64,000 nucleotides of DNA from an uncultured Chitinophaga sp. GTDB lineage: Bacteria > Bacteroidota > Bacteroidia > NS11-12g > UBA955. Positions 19,235-32,300 of the stretch are shown here, piece by piece; positions within the stretch are counted from its first letter, which is position 1; the number at the start of each line of letters is the position of its first letter. Made by a program: the position numbers and the translations under genes. The notes below the pieces were generated by a model, which made no database searches, was not told the origin of the DNA, and saw nothing but the letters and a program-made list of their open reading frames with translations. The DNA lies in contig CAZDGF010000004.1 of assembly GCA_964505065.1 (NCBI GenBank), positions 9,011-73,010 on the forward strand, written 5' to 3'.

Positions 19235-19941
19235 AAACTAAAATACTGATTATAGAAGACATGGCTTTAACCCGTGCATCGCTCGAGGATAAGCTATTTG
19301 AAAATGACTACATTGTTGTGGGTTCTTTTCCTTCGGCAGAGGCAGGTTGGCAATTTTTGCAACAGCATAACAACATAGATATGGTGCTATTGGATATAAA
19401 CCTAGCTGGCGAAAAAGACGGTATATGGCTTGCCAATAAAATTAGAGAAAATTACCACATTCCTATTGTATTTCTTACAGCCTATGGCGATAGCCAAACC
19501 CTTGAAAAAGTAACCAATACCAAGCCCAATGGCTACCTTATGAAACCCTTCAACGAGCCTACATTGCTTACCACCTTAAACATAGCCCTACAAAATTTTA
19601 ATGCCACCCAAAACACCAAAGAAACCCAAAACCAAGATTTTATCTATATAAAAGACAGCAATACATTGGTAAAAATACATATTGTCGATATATTGTATAT
19701 ACAATCCGATGGCAATTATTTACACCTATTTTTACCCCACAAAAAACACCTTATTCGCAGCAAAATGGACGACTTTTGCGCCAAACTAAACCGCCCCTTT
19801 TTCATAAAAGTACACCACCGTTTTGTGGTAAATATCCATAAAATAGAACAACTAAATACCGATACCCTAACAATTCAAAATTTTAGCATTCCCCTTGCAG
19901 CAAAGTATAAAGAGAGGGTTGTTCAAATGTTGAAAGGATAG
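19231..19941 (+). CDS. Response regulator, REC + LytTR DNA-binding domain
   Basis: REC (KILIIEDMALTRASL...VLLDINLAGEKDGIWLANKI...), C-terminal LytTR (IHIVDILYIQSDGNYLHLFL...VHHRFVVNIHKIEQL); 4-bp overlap with kinase. Confidence 0.85.
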   Translation: MKTKILIIEDMALTRASLEDKLFENDYIVVGSFPSAEAGWQFLQQHNNIDMVLLDINLAGEKDGIWLANKIRENYHIPIVFLTAYGDSQTLEKVTNTKPNGYLMKPFNEPTLLTTLNIALQNFNATQNTKETQNQDFIYIKDSNTLVKIHIVDILYIQSDGNYLHLFLPHKKHLIRSKMDDFCAKLNRPFFIKVHHRFVVNIHKIEQLNTDTLTIQNFSIPLAAKYKERVVQMLKG

Positions 19942-19985
19942 TGTTATTTGTTTAAAATATAAATTTTATAAACATGCTTTTAATA

Positions 19986-22223
19986 CTACAAGTTTATTTT
20001 TAAACCCAAGTTAAAACTCAGTGGCATGTTAGGTCTGTATCCTTGAGGTAAATTGGCAACAATAGCTTTGCTATTGGTTAAATTATTAATCAAAGTGAAA
20101 GCTGTAAAAGAGTTATTAATTTTATAATTTGCCGAAAAATCTATAATTAAAAATTCATCTAAGGCATTAATATTTGCAAGGCTATTGTTTTCAGCCGGTG
20201 CTATAATATTATTTTGACCAGGTTTAATTCTTGTCTGTCCGGTATATCGTCCTATTAAAATGGCATTAAATTTTTTGTTTTCAAATCCTATGCTTGCCGT
20301 TAGCAAATGTGGAGTAATAAAAGGCACTAAATCGTTTTTATTTATGGTACCCGTTCCCCAATCGCCCCCTGCATTTATAAAGGTTTCTTGAAACTTAGCC
20401 GATGTATAAGTATATGCCAATGATAATGGAAGTTTATTGTCAGATATTACGCCTTTTTTATATAAAAAATCGAAACCTAAGTTTGCTTCTATTCCTTGAA
20501 TTTTAGCCTTACCTCCATTAAATAAATCGCCTGTACCTGCACCGCCTCCAGAAATATTATCTGAGCCTAAAATGTTTCCATAATCATTTAAAAAGCCTGT
20601 TGCTTGGGCTGTTAAGCCATTTTTATCTATGCGGTAGCCCAATTCATAATTGGTAGAAGTTTCCACATTGGCTTGTCCTGTGGTAGAGGTTATAGAGGGC
20701 ATTCCTGGAGGCGAAAATCCTTTATGAACACCTCCAAAAGCACTCATATTTTTGTTTATCTCATAATTTAAGCCAACTCCTGGTAGTAAAATAGTTAATT
20801 CATTTTTTGCAGTTTTAAGTGCTGTTCCTAATCTTGCAACATCTGCTGTTCCATAATTTTTTATATCAAAATTTATTTTTTCATATCTAATACCTGGGCT
20901 TACTTTCAAACCTTTGTATTGTATATCGTAATTTAAAAATGTTGAAACACTTTCAGCATTTCGTATTTGATTTTCTTGATTTCCGCTAACACCTGGCGTT
21001 GTAAGTATCATTTTGCCGTTGGTCATAGCATATACAGAGCGCGTAGCCAATCTATCTGCTTGGTCTGTATGATACCTAACGCCAAGTTGCAATTTGTGAG
21101 TAATTTTATTGGTGTTAAAAATATAATTGGCATTCATTTGAATACCTTGAGATAAATAGGTTCTTGCTGCTCCTTGAAAATCTATGTTGCCATTGGTTTT
21201 GCCACTCATAATTTCATAAGCTGTTTGCTGTGCAGCAGGATTGTTTAATATGGTATTAATGCCCTGTCCACCAAATGTGTTTGCCCTTGCCCAGTCTCTA
21301 AATGTTTTTGTATAATAGGCTGTTGTATTTATGCTTAATCCTTTTGCTGGCAAAATGGAATGAGTAAGCGAAAGGTGCTGATGTGTCATATCTAAAATAT
21401 CTTTTTGCGTGCCTGCGTATCTGCTTAAAGGATTTTTTTTGTAGTCATCATAAGTTAAGCCTAAATAAGTTTCGTTGCCATCTTCGGTAGTATTCAATAA
21501 TTTTAAGGTTACAGATTGTGGTATTTTTGCCTTTACATCGGTATGCCAACGCAGTTTTCCCATTATATCTCTTCTGTCAAACCCAGTGTTTCCGCCATTG
21601 TCTAATTTTTTAAAACCATTGCTTGCTATTCGGTTTACCTCAAATACATAATCAAAGTTTTTTCTACTATCGCCTACCCATATTCTTTGTTGATTGGTAT
21701 TAAAACTTCCGTAGGCTAATTGGGCAAATCCTTTAAAACTATTAGGTATTGCGGTAGATAATAAATTTACAGCACCTCCAATAGTGTATGGTCCATATTT
21801 TATTTGGCTACTGCCTTTTAAAACTTCTACGCCTTGCATACGTGCAAAAGTTGGAAAATAATATGCCGATGGGTCTGAGTATGGTGCAGGTGCAATAAGA
21901 ATACCATCTTCCATTAAGGTTATTCTTGCACTTCTGTTTACAGGTGTGCCTCGTAAGCCAATGTTTGGTCGTAAGCCAAATCCTTCTTCATCTCTAATAT
22001 TTACCCCCGGTATTGTTCTAAGCACATTGTTAATATTGGGTTGATTAAGTTTTTCTAACTGGCGAATGCCAATGTTTTGTCCAGCACCAGGAATTGTTTT
22101 ACTTTTAGAACCAATAATTGTTGCTTGTTCTAAATAATTAACTTTTAAGGTGTCTTGGCTTGTTTCTTGCGCAAAAGTATTTAAGCAAAAAAGTATTATA
22201 GGAAATAGAGAATATTTATGCAT
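19986..22223 (-). CDS. TonB-dependent outer-membrane receptor
   Basis: Signal peptide, plug region (NVLRTIPGVNIRDEEGFGLRPNIGLRG), 745 aa beta-barrel-length with Gly/aromatic-rich C-terminus. Confidence 0.8.
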   Translation of the reverse strand: MHKYSLFPIILFCLNTFAQETSQDTLKVNYLEQATIIGSKSKTIPGAGQNIGIRQLEKLNQPNINNVLRTIPGVNIRDEEGFGLRPNIGLRGTPVNRSARITLMEDGILIAPAPYSDPSAYYFPTFARMQGVEVLKGSSQIKYGPYTIGGAVNLLSTAIPNSFKGFAQLAYGSFNTNQQRIWVGDSRKNFDYVFEVNRIASNGFKKLDNGGNTGFDRRDIMGKLRWHTDVKAKIPQSVTLKLLNTTEDGNETYLGLTYDDYKKNPLSRYAGTQKDILDMTHQHLSLTHSILPAKGLSINTTAYYTKTFRDWARANTFGGQGINTILNNPAAQQTAYEIMSGKTNGNIDFQGAARTYLSQGIQMNANYIFNTNKITHKLQLGVRYHTDQADRLATRSVYAMTNGKMILTTPGVSGNQENQIRNAESVSTFLNYDIQYKGLKVSPGIRYEKINFDIKNYGTADVARLGTALKTAKNELTILLPGVGLNYEINKNMSAFGGVHKGFSPPGMPSITSTTGQANVETSTNYELGYRIDKNGLTAQATGFLNDYGNILGSDNISGGGAGTGDLFNGGKAKIQGIEANLGFDFLYKKGVISDNKLPLSLAYTYTSAKFQETFINAGGDWGTGTINKNDLVPFITPHLLTASIGFENKKFNAILIGRYTGQTRIKPGQNNIIAPAENNSLANINALDEFLIIDFSANYKINNSFTAFTLINNLTNSKAIVANLPQGYRPNMPLSFNLGLKINL

Positions 22224-22305
22224 GTTTAATTAAGATTATTTTTAAATATGATGCAATATTCTACATTAAATAGAACACACGTTTTAGTAATCGGTAAAAT
22301 ATGTT

Positions 22306-23043
22306 TTAGATATTAGGAATATCTTTTTTGTTTTGTCTAAAAGGCGTTATGCCAAAATAGTTTTTATAGGCTTGGCTAAAGCTGCTTAAAGATGAATATC
22401 CTACGGAAAAGGCAATTGTGGTAATAGATTGAGTTGTATTTTGAAGTAAATATTTTGCCTTTACCATTCTGTTATCTTGAATAAATTCAAAAATTGTTTG
22501 ATTAAAAATTTCTTTGAATCCTTTTTTAAGATAACATTGATTAGTGCCTACAAATGCTGAAATTATAGGAATGGTAAGGTTATTTTCTATATTTTCTATA
22601 ATATAATTTTTGGCAAGATGTATTTTTTCTGTATCTACAGGATTATTTAAAACTGGGCATGTATCGCAGCCAATTTGAAAAACCAAACTGCTTTTTTGCG
22701 ATTGATACAATAAATACAAAATAGTACTCTCTAAAAATATTTTTCTATGAATGCCAGTTAAATTACAATTTACAATATCTAATAATTTGGCTTGGGTATT
22801 ACAACAAATGTTCTGTTTTTCAACATTTATATCTATTAGTTCGCCATATTTTTCAAAATAGGTTTTTGCTATGCGTATATTGAATAAATAATTATTTTCA
22901 GCCAAATCAAAAAGACAATCATTTGCATATAAAGCAAATGTAAGATATAAATACGTTTTATCTTGTATTGTATTACAAAACGATTGATTGATATCCACAC
23001 TTTTTGATACATCTAAATAAATATAATCGTTTATTGCTATCAT
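22306..23043 (-). CDS. AraC-family transcriptional regulator
   Basis: C-terminal AraC HTH (ITTIAFSVGYSSLSSFSQAYKNYFGITPFRQ); divergent from giant adhesin gene. Confidence 0.75.
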   Translation of the reverse strand: MIAINDYIYLDVSKSVDINQSFCNTIQDKTYLYLTFALYANDCLFDLAENNYLFNIRIAKTYFEKYGELIDINVEKQNICCNTQAKLLDIVNCNLTGIHRKIFLESTILYLLYQSQKSSLVFQIGCDTCPVLNNPVDTEKIHLAKNYIIENIENNLTIPIISAFVGTNQCYLKKGFKEIFNQTIFEFIQDNRMVKAKYLLQNTTQSITTIAFSVGYSSLSSFSQAYKNYFGITPFRQNKKDIPNI

Positions 23044-23363
23044 TTTGCAAAGCTAATGATTTGTTTTGAAGAGTATAATCTTAAATTTTATTTTAATGAA
23101 AACGCATTTAAAACTATATAGAATTATTAATTTCAAAATCCCCAGCTCCGCTCAAGCTCTCATTTTTGCAATAGTACAGCTACTTTGCTTTTGGTATAGT
23201 TTATTTTTCATTAAAATAATTTAAAACCCCAAAACTTCCAACCTCCATTTCGACAAGCTCAATGTCCCCACCCCCAATTTCCCAAATTTTCCCGCCATTT
23301 TCCCAAAAAAAAAGTTGCTCAAAAGAATAGTTTTATTTTCGTTTTTAAATTTAAACTAAAACT

Positions 23364-26300
23364 ATGAAAATACTTTTTACATACATTGTTTACTTGCTTT
23401 GTTTTTTACTTTTTTCTTTCAATGCCAATGCCCAAATGCAAGGCTTGCAGGTAAGCAACAATACAAGCGATGGTATAATTACCGCCACTTGGAAACTCAA
23501 TGCTCGCACACCTGCCTTGCAAGCCAAGCCCGTATATGTGCAGCTATACGATAGCATAAATAATAAAGAAATTTACAGCAAAATTATAGACTCCCTTATG
23601 CCTCTAACATGGATAGAAGGCACTATGGATATACCTGTAAAGCCTAATTTTACAAATAAATACCGCATATTTATTTATGCCTATGGCACTGGCACTCTTT
23701 TGGCTTCTACGGCTGCTATTGCTGGGCAATCTCGCCCTATGGATTTGCCTGTAATAGATTTTGCAAGAAGCAATTATGAGAATATTCGTTTTTTTTTAAT
23801 CAACAATTCGCAATATACAGATAATATTAATGTGTATAAAAATGGCTTAAAAGTAGCAGTAGTAAAAGCAACTCAATTACCTGAATATGTTGCAAATGTG
23901 GGTACTGAAATTGTTAGTGGAGAAAGTTATAATTATTGTTTTCAAGGTTTAAATGCTGCAAGTGGCGATACAACTACAAGAGTATGTATTGCAGCAGCAA
24001 GCAAAGCCATCAATTTTACAGTTAGCAAAATGGCTTTTGCCAACAAGGTGCAACTAAATTGGCTAATGCCTGATGAAGAAATAACAGAAGTAACCCTTTT
24101 AAGAGATGGCGTTCAGCTGCTAAAAGGCGCACCAGGGGCTACAAGTTATACCGATTTAAAACCCATTCCTGGTTTTAAACACCAATACCAATTGGTATTA
24201 AAAAATTTAGATAACAATACAGCCACTTTTATAGATAGCGGCTGGGTGCAATCCATAGGCAAAGTGAGCGGCTTTGTGCTTTCTAATGCTGCCAATGGCA
24301 GTGTGGGTGTGGCTAATACGGTAGTAAAATTAAGTGCCAATATTTTGGGTAACAATGTAATTTATACCACCACAACCAACAATACAGGTTATTACGAATT
24401 CAAGCAAATTTATTTTCATACCCAAGCAGATTATACCTTATCTTTTAATAGAAAAAATGTAAAATTTACCATAGAAAATGCAGTTTTAAATTTTACAAGA
24501 AAAAACTATGTTTTTGAGGCAAATGCAGAAGCCGATATTAAACTGATAGAGCAAGAAAGACACCCTTTTGCCATTTCTAATTTTAAAACCAATAAATCTT
24601 CAAGCTCGGGTTTTATGAACCTTGAATGGCAGGTAACAACTAATGATACCGTATTTTTTCAGTTGCATAGAAATCAAAAATTAATAAAAACCACTTGGGC
24701 TAGCAGCAATAGAATTGTAAATATTAATGATGAAACTGGAATTCCTTTAACGCCATACAATTACGAATTGAGAAGCTATAGTTTGGTAGGCACAAGATAT
24801 TATATCAAACAAAATACAGTTTCAGATACTTTTCCAAATGTGCTGGCGGTGGCTGCTAATCAGTATAATGTGGCTGCAAATACAACAAATGCTACAGTAG
24901 ATATGAGTTGGCAATACCCACAAGGCTTGTGCAATGGCTTTTTTATATTGCGCAATGGTATTCTAATAGCCCAACTAGATTCTTCTGTAAGAACTTTTAC
25001 AGATTTAGAGGGTGCCAATGGTGCTACTTATAGCTATGGCATAGTGGTAAGTGCTAAAAAACAGGATGGTAATTTATACCAATCTCTGGCTACTATAAAA
25101 ACAGGTATAACTTATCCAACATTGGCTGTGCCAACAATGGTAAGTGCTACAACTACTACAGATGGTTTTATATTAATTAATGGCGGTTATACGAACAACA
25201 ACGCTTATAATTACACAAGTGTAAATATTTTAAGAAACGATGGCACAAAAACAGATACTGTGGCTAAAATTAGCAAAGGCTTAAGCATTGGTTTTACTGA
25301 TGAAACAGGCTTGCCAAATGCAACTTATACTTACAGCTTAATAGCTCAAAAAAATGCAAGTTATAGTCAAGCTTCTAATAGTAGTTTGGCGGCTTATCCT
25401 GCTATACCTGCACCTGTAAGTTTTTCGCAAGGAGTAAAAATGGAAGGCTTTGCCAATTTAAACATCAATAGTGGGCAAACCAATCCTGTATATCAAATAG
25501 AATTGAGCGCAAGCGGCAAACCAACACAAACCTATAAAATTTATGAAAACAATGTGGTGTTTGGCTTTGGCAATAGCTATGTAAGTGCTACAACCATTAG
25601 CTGTCGTTTGTTAAAAACAATTAATGGCAATAAATATTATTCATCTGCTTTAACAACCAATTATACATCTTTAAATAGTTCGCCTTATACATTAACTGCT
25701 CCAACCAATTTTAAAGCTTCAACAAATTTAATTCAACAGGTGCAGCTATCTTGGAGCTATCCTAATTTTATATTACCCACTTTTTATATTTACAGAAATG
25801 GTATTTTGTTGGATAGTTTAAGCTCCTCGGTTCGCTCCTATACCGATTTTTCGGTTGATAAAACTGAAAGCTATTTATATCAAATAAGAGCAATACAAGG
25901 CAGCAAAAAATCTACTTTGGTGGCAGATTATGGCAATATAATTTCGCCTTATACGGTTAGTGGATTTATAAGCAATAAATATACCCAAAATGGCATTCAT
26001 AATGTGTTGGTGCAATTAATAGATAATTCTAAAATTATAGCTTCCACTACCAGTAAAAATGGCAAATATTTTATTCAAAATATTATACCTAAAATTGGAA
26101 TGATTATCAAAGTATTTGCTACAAATGCAGCTTTTGATGAAAGTGAAAAATATTTTGATTTTGAAATAGCACCACGTCATCTTACAGTAAATTTTACAGA
26201 TACATTGCCTCAAATAGAAAAACCAAGCAATAGCATAGCTTCTATTCAGCATTTAGCGTTGCAACTAAACAATACCAATAGCAGTGTGGAGTTAAATTGG

Positions 26301-29300
26301 AGCATGAGCAATGGTAATTATACAGGTGTGGAAGTGAATAGAAGTTTGCAAAAAATAGGCATTTTAGCCAAAGGTCAATTAATGGCTGTAAGCGATAAAG
26401 ATGCAGTGCCAGGGGTAAATTATTCTTACCGCATACGTCCCTATTTAGATACTGAAGATGACGGCACTTTGTACGGCAATTTTGTAGATTCTACCATTAC
26501 TTTTCCTGCTTTGCTTGCACCAGAAAATTTACAACTCACTGCAAGTAATGATGCCATCAAATTAACTTGGAGCCATGCTGCTAATAACCATACTTACTAT
26601 GAAATAAAACGCAATGGTAAATACATGGGCAAAGTGTTGACCCAAAATGCAATGCAATGGACGGATAATACAGGTGTTCCAGGGTTGAATTATAAATACG
26701 AAGTTACAAGCGTTTTAGAAGCTGCTAACGATGTGTATTTTTCTGATGCCGCTGCAAGTTCTATTTTATTTCCTACGGTATCGGCTGCACAAAAACTAAC
26801 TGTAAGCAACCAAGCCCCAGGGCGACCAAGCACAGATAAATTGACTTACAGCGTCATTCTGCGTTGGTGGAATAGCTCAACAGAAGCTAAAAAAGCCATT
26901 GTACAAGTGAATGGCAAAACAGAAAAAACAATGCCTATAACTTATGGTTGGAATCAAACTTATAGCACTGCCAGTATTCCAAATGCAAACAATACATTTT
27001 CCATTATCCAAATAGTAAACAGAGGCATAGAATACAATAGCAAACCATTAAGTGAAAGCTTTACCACCTTGCCTTTGGGTACTAATTTAATTGTATCTCC
27101 CAACAACGACCTTACAAATACTTTTGTAAACGTAATTTATCGTTTCAATGCTTGGGATACCATTGGATTGGATAGCGCAGAATTGGTGCTCAATCAAAAC
27201 AGATTTTCAATAGCCGATGTCATTTCAATCAATAAATCTTCTAAACGATTATTCCCTGATACAATGAGTGATAAAAATATGGTACCATTTAAAACCACAT
27301 TTACCAATATTCCAGATGTATCTTATGTGTATAGAGTACGAGGAGTTAGTTGGAGAGCAGGCATACGCTACACAAGTGCAATGCCTGTAGATGAGCCAAT
27401 GAATTATCCAAAATTGCCCGACCCTATTAATGTTGCCAATATAGACACTACGGGTATGAGCATTAAATTGAAATGGCAACATACCCGCACAGATGTAGAT
27501 AGTTTTTATATTTTTAATGACAATAAATTGGTTGGAGGTGTAAATGGCAGCACTTATACTTTCACATTTGTACCTGAATTTGAATGTGTTAGAATTAAAA
27601 TAATTGCAGTAAAGAAATATGGCAATGTGCGCAAAGCCTCCTTGGGCAATACACCTCCGCTAATTACCTCTTTGCCTATGGCATTGGTTAAGCCTTGCTT
27701 CCCTGCTACTGCTGGAGCACAATTTGGTAGAATAGTAGAAGTAAATGCCAATACTATGGTGGTTACCAATAACACCTCGAACAATGAAGTGTATTTTTAC
27801 AAAAAGTTGAATAACGGCTGGGTTTATGAATCAGTGGTAAAAAGAGGAAGTGAGGTAAAAGTAGCTACTTTAAATGATATTGTTGCAGTGGCATATAATG
27901 ATAACAAAGGTTCTGGCATATTTACTTATGTAGATTTATTTCATAGAGTAAATGGCGCATGGACATTGTATCAAACCTTAAATTCTGGACGTTTTCCTGC
28001 ATTAGGTTATAATGTGGCTATGCATAAAGATAAATTGGTTATTTCTATGTCAAGATGCTTTGTAGGTGGAAGTCCCAACACTTGTATACAATTATTTCAA
28101 AAAAATACGAACAATAATTTATTTGTCAGCATAGCAAGTAGAGATCAGCAATTAATATCTAATGAAGGTATAGGAGAAACTGTTGCTTTAAACGACAATA
28201 CTATTGTTGCAGGCGGACCTACATTTAACCCCGGTGGGTTAAGTTTTCAAGGGGCTATTTTAGTTTTTAATTACACCAACAACTCCATTAGTTCTAGTAC
28301 ATTAATAGGCGTGCCTTCTCCTTTAAATGGTATGCCAAATCATCAATTTGGTAGTGCTTTAGATATTTCGGATGATACGCTTTTAGTAGGTTCCAATAAT
28401 TTAAATGTTTATGGTAATTTTAACTATGTTGGTGGTATGTTTTTATATGTTCGCCAAGCTGGCACTTGGACACTAAGAAGCACCACACATGCACTTGGTG
28501 TAGCAGGCAATATTACTGGTTATTTAGGACACGGAGTAGCTATAGGAAAAGGAGTTATTGTTGGTTCAGCTCCTAATACTTCTGCTAGTTCTTTTAAAGG
28601 GTCTTTAGCTTTTAGGCCTGTAAATGAAACTGGATTAAATAGTAATGTTACTTATAGTGCTTTACCTTCAAGTCCAAACAATGCTTTTTCAGGTTATAAT
28701 ATTTCGTTCGATAACAATATTTTTTATACTGGCGCACCAAATGCTAATAGTAATACTGGTATGGTACAAATGTTTACCTATCCGCCATTATTCGATAATT
28801 CTTTAGAAGTTAATGAGGTTTCAAATCTTCAAGCCTCAAAAGCTGATTTTGACAACAAAGTTATCCTTACGTGGAATTATAATTCCGTAGGCTATACACC
28901 TACAAGATATGATATATTTAGAGATGGCATAAAAATAGATATAGCCAAAACAGCCGATAGAGACTACACCGATATTGCACCTATTCCAGCTAAAAGGCAT
29001 GTTTACACTGTTGTTGCAATTTACACCAATGCCAAGGGGTTAAAAAACAGTACCATTGGATTTACAAAACCCATTGGCGAAATTAGCGGCAGCGTAGTTA
29101 CAGCACAAGGCAATAATCCTGTTGAAGGAGTAACTGTTATAGCCAAAGCTATTAGCGCAGAAGCTACTTTCACTTATACAACCACGACAGATGCTTTTGG
29201 CAATTATGAAATTAAACGTATTAATTTTGGCGAAGAAGCAAGAATAGAAGTTTCTGTAACGTATGTTGGGCATCAGTTTTTAAAACCTATGCAAGCCATT

Positions 29301-32300
29301 ACAATGGATGTAAATTCCAACAGACAACAACTACCCAATTTTGTAGATATTACAGCCTATTCTATTATTGCCCAACTAAACCAATACAATTGTAATTGCC
29401 CAATAGATAGCGTAAAAGTTACACTTAAAACATACATTAAAAATCAAGCTACCAAAGTAGAAGAAAAAATAACGGAAGTAAATGGTAAAGCGGTTTTCAA
29501 TGTATTGCCAAAAACTACAGATTTATTGAAATTTGAATTATTGATAAACAACAATGTAATAAAAGGAAACGATACGTTATGGTATCAGTTTGATAGTAGT
29601 TCATTTCAAATAAACCAACCTAAAAATTTGGGTACTACCAATTTATTCGTAGCTGAAAACCAACTGAAATACAAAGCCAATATTACCACAGGTAGTGTAT
29701 GCGGCAGTATTGGTAGCAATAAATACAACATTGAAATTACAAGCAAAGATGGTTGTTTTAAAGAAATAATAACAACCAATACCACCGGCAGTTATTTGAA
29801 TAATTTAGAATTACCCCCTTTAGATTTATCGTTTAAAATTATTGATGTTTTGCCACGCAATACCAATAACAGCGTCATTGAAGATTATTTTGCGGTTCGC
29901 CCCATTGTATTGCCTTTGGGTGTTCAGTATTTGCAACAATCTAAAACAATGCTAACCACAGCATTGATAAATGAAAAAGTACAATTTGTTTACCACCAAG
30001 TACCCAATATTGTTTTAACCAATGGTTTGCCTCGTTTGTGCAATAGCCCAACACAGCCTTATTACACTCATCAAAATGATAAAGTAAATTTAAGTTTTAA
30101 TGTATCTGAAACTTTTAGTGGTTCTAATTGTGCGGTTTTTGATGGCACATTAAGAATGAAAAATACAGGTGCGGAAAATGCAGATGATGTCATAGAAATG
30201 AACGAGCAAGGCATTGTAAATTATAGCTTTACTGCTGGTGCACCTGCCATTTCAGCACCTTATTTAAAATATATTTTTGCTCAATATTGGAACAGTGCTG
30301 ATGAGTTTGTGGCAGAAATACAAATACCAGTTTTAATTACAGGTAGTGCAGCCATACCAGGCAGCGATTTTATTATAGAAAACGACCAAAACGAAGCCCA
30401 ATGGCCCCTTATGGTGTTAAGAGACCCTCCTGGCGATTTAAGCTTCTCCTATGTTGAAGAAGGAGCAGAAAACACTTTATCCGCAACTACAGAAAGCGAA
30501 GCAGGCGGCTATGGCGGTACTACCATAGAAACAGGGTTTAAACTTTTTGGTATTGGTACAAAAGTAGCATTTGATGCTAAAGTGGGCGGAAGCAATACCA
30601 ATACTAAAGGCTACGAAATTGGCGTATCAACTACCAGAAGAGTGCAGTCTATAGCCAATAGCAGCACAATAAATGCGCAAAATACAAATTACATTACAGG
30701 CAATAATGGCGATGTGATTGTAGGCGTTGGCACAACTCAAAAATATGGTGTTACAGAAAATATAAGTATTGAAGGATGTAAAGTCATCAAACGTACAGGC
30801 ATTAATATTTCGCAAAACGGCATTGCTACCAATTGGATATACAGCATAGATTATATTAAAAACTTGGTGCGTCAGTATGATTCATTAATCAATTTAGCCA
30901 ATAAGGGCTTGGTAAAAATAGACAACAAAGATTTTTATCAAACCTCTCAATATTATACTGCTCGTAAAAAGAATTGGGAATCAATTTTAAATTACCATGA
31001 AGTAGAAACTACGCCTGTTTACCGCTTATGCGATGTTAAAAATTACAATAGATTATTTGGTAATACAAATGCCGACCCATACCAACAAGAAGCTGAAAAA
31101 TGGGCTAAAAATTGTTTCTGTACTGCACAAGGTGTAGGCGTTTACGATGGTGCAGGTAATTTTAAATTTCAAAAAGGAAATGAAATAAGCTGGGATAACA
31201 ACAACCTTGAATTGTTTAGAAAAAGCCGAACAATGGTTGACCGTTATTTACAAGCCTCTACCCGCTCAAAAGCCTTTAATGGCAAAGTGCCCGATAGAAT
31301 TAAAAGCGATATTGAAAAAAATTTAATTCCTTATACAAATACAAATGTTAATCAATTACAATTAAATGCCGAAGAAAGAGCCGTTGCTGAAAATATCTCC
31401 TTTGGTGGAGCAACTACTTACGATAGAGATTTAACTGTGAGCAATACTTATTCAAGTAGTTTTACTTCTAATTTTTATTTCGAATCTAATTTGGCTATTG
31501 GTTTTGTAGCTAAAACAGAGGTTTCATACTCTGCTGGTGGTGGCTTAGGTTTTATTACTTTATTCAACAATACTATTGCCGAAATAGACCATTTCTTTGG
31601 GTTGAATGTAGGTGTTAAAGTAAATTTGACACAAAGCAGCGAACGCACTACAACTACTACCAATTCAGTAGGTTACCATTTGGAAGATGATGATGCAGGC
31701 GACCAATTCAGCGTTACAGCCATAAAAGGAATAGATAGATTGCATACGCCTTATTTTGCTTTGGTTGGAGGGCGTTCTTCTTGTCCAAATGAGCCTGGCA
31801 CAATTGCCCGTAATAATTTAGCTTTAAGTTTTGAAACCCCCGAAGGACAAGGTGTCAATAATGTTCAAAGAGATTTACAACCAAATACACCCGCAATATT
31901 CCCATTAAAAATGAGCAATAATGCACCTTTGGTTTTAAGCGAAAATTTAGATTTTAACCTTTCCCCATCTGATGGTAGCAATGCTTTTAATGCAGGTATT
32001 ACTTTCAATGGTTCTTCTGCTAATAAATTTACAATACCTTCTGGAGGTTCGGCTTATACCAATATTTTTGTGCAGCGTGGTGCTGGATTTAGCTATTCAG
32101 ATTTAAGCGTGTATTTAGGGGCAAATTGTTCAAATGGTACAGATGAATATGGAGGTGCAACATTAGATTTTGAAGCCTATTTTAGACGACCATGTAGCGA
32201 AATTTCCATTGTTACACCAAGCAATAATTGGGTAATAAATAAAGCCAATGCTGCCGACCCAAATAATACTGACGAAAGCCTACGCATAGATTTAGCCGAT

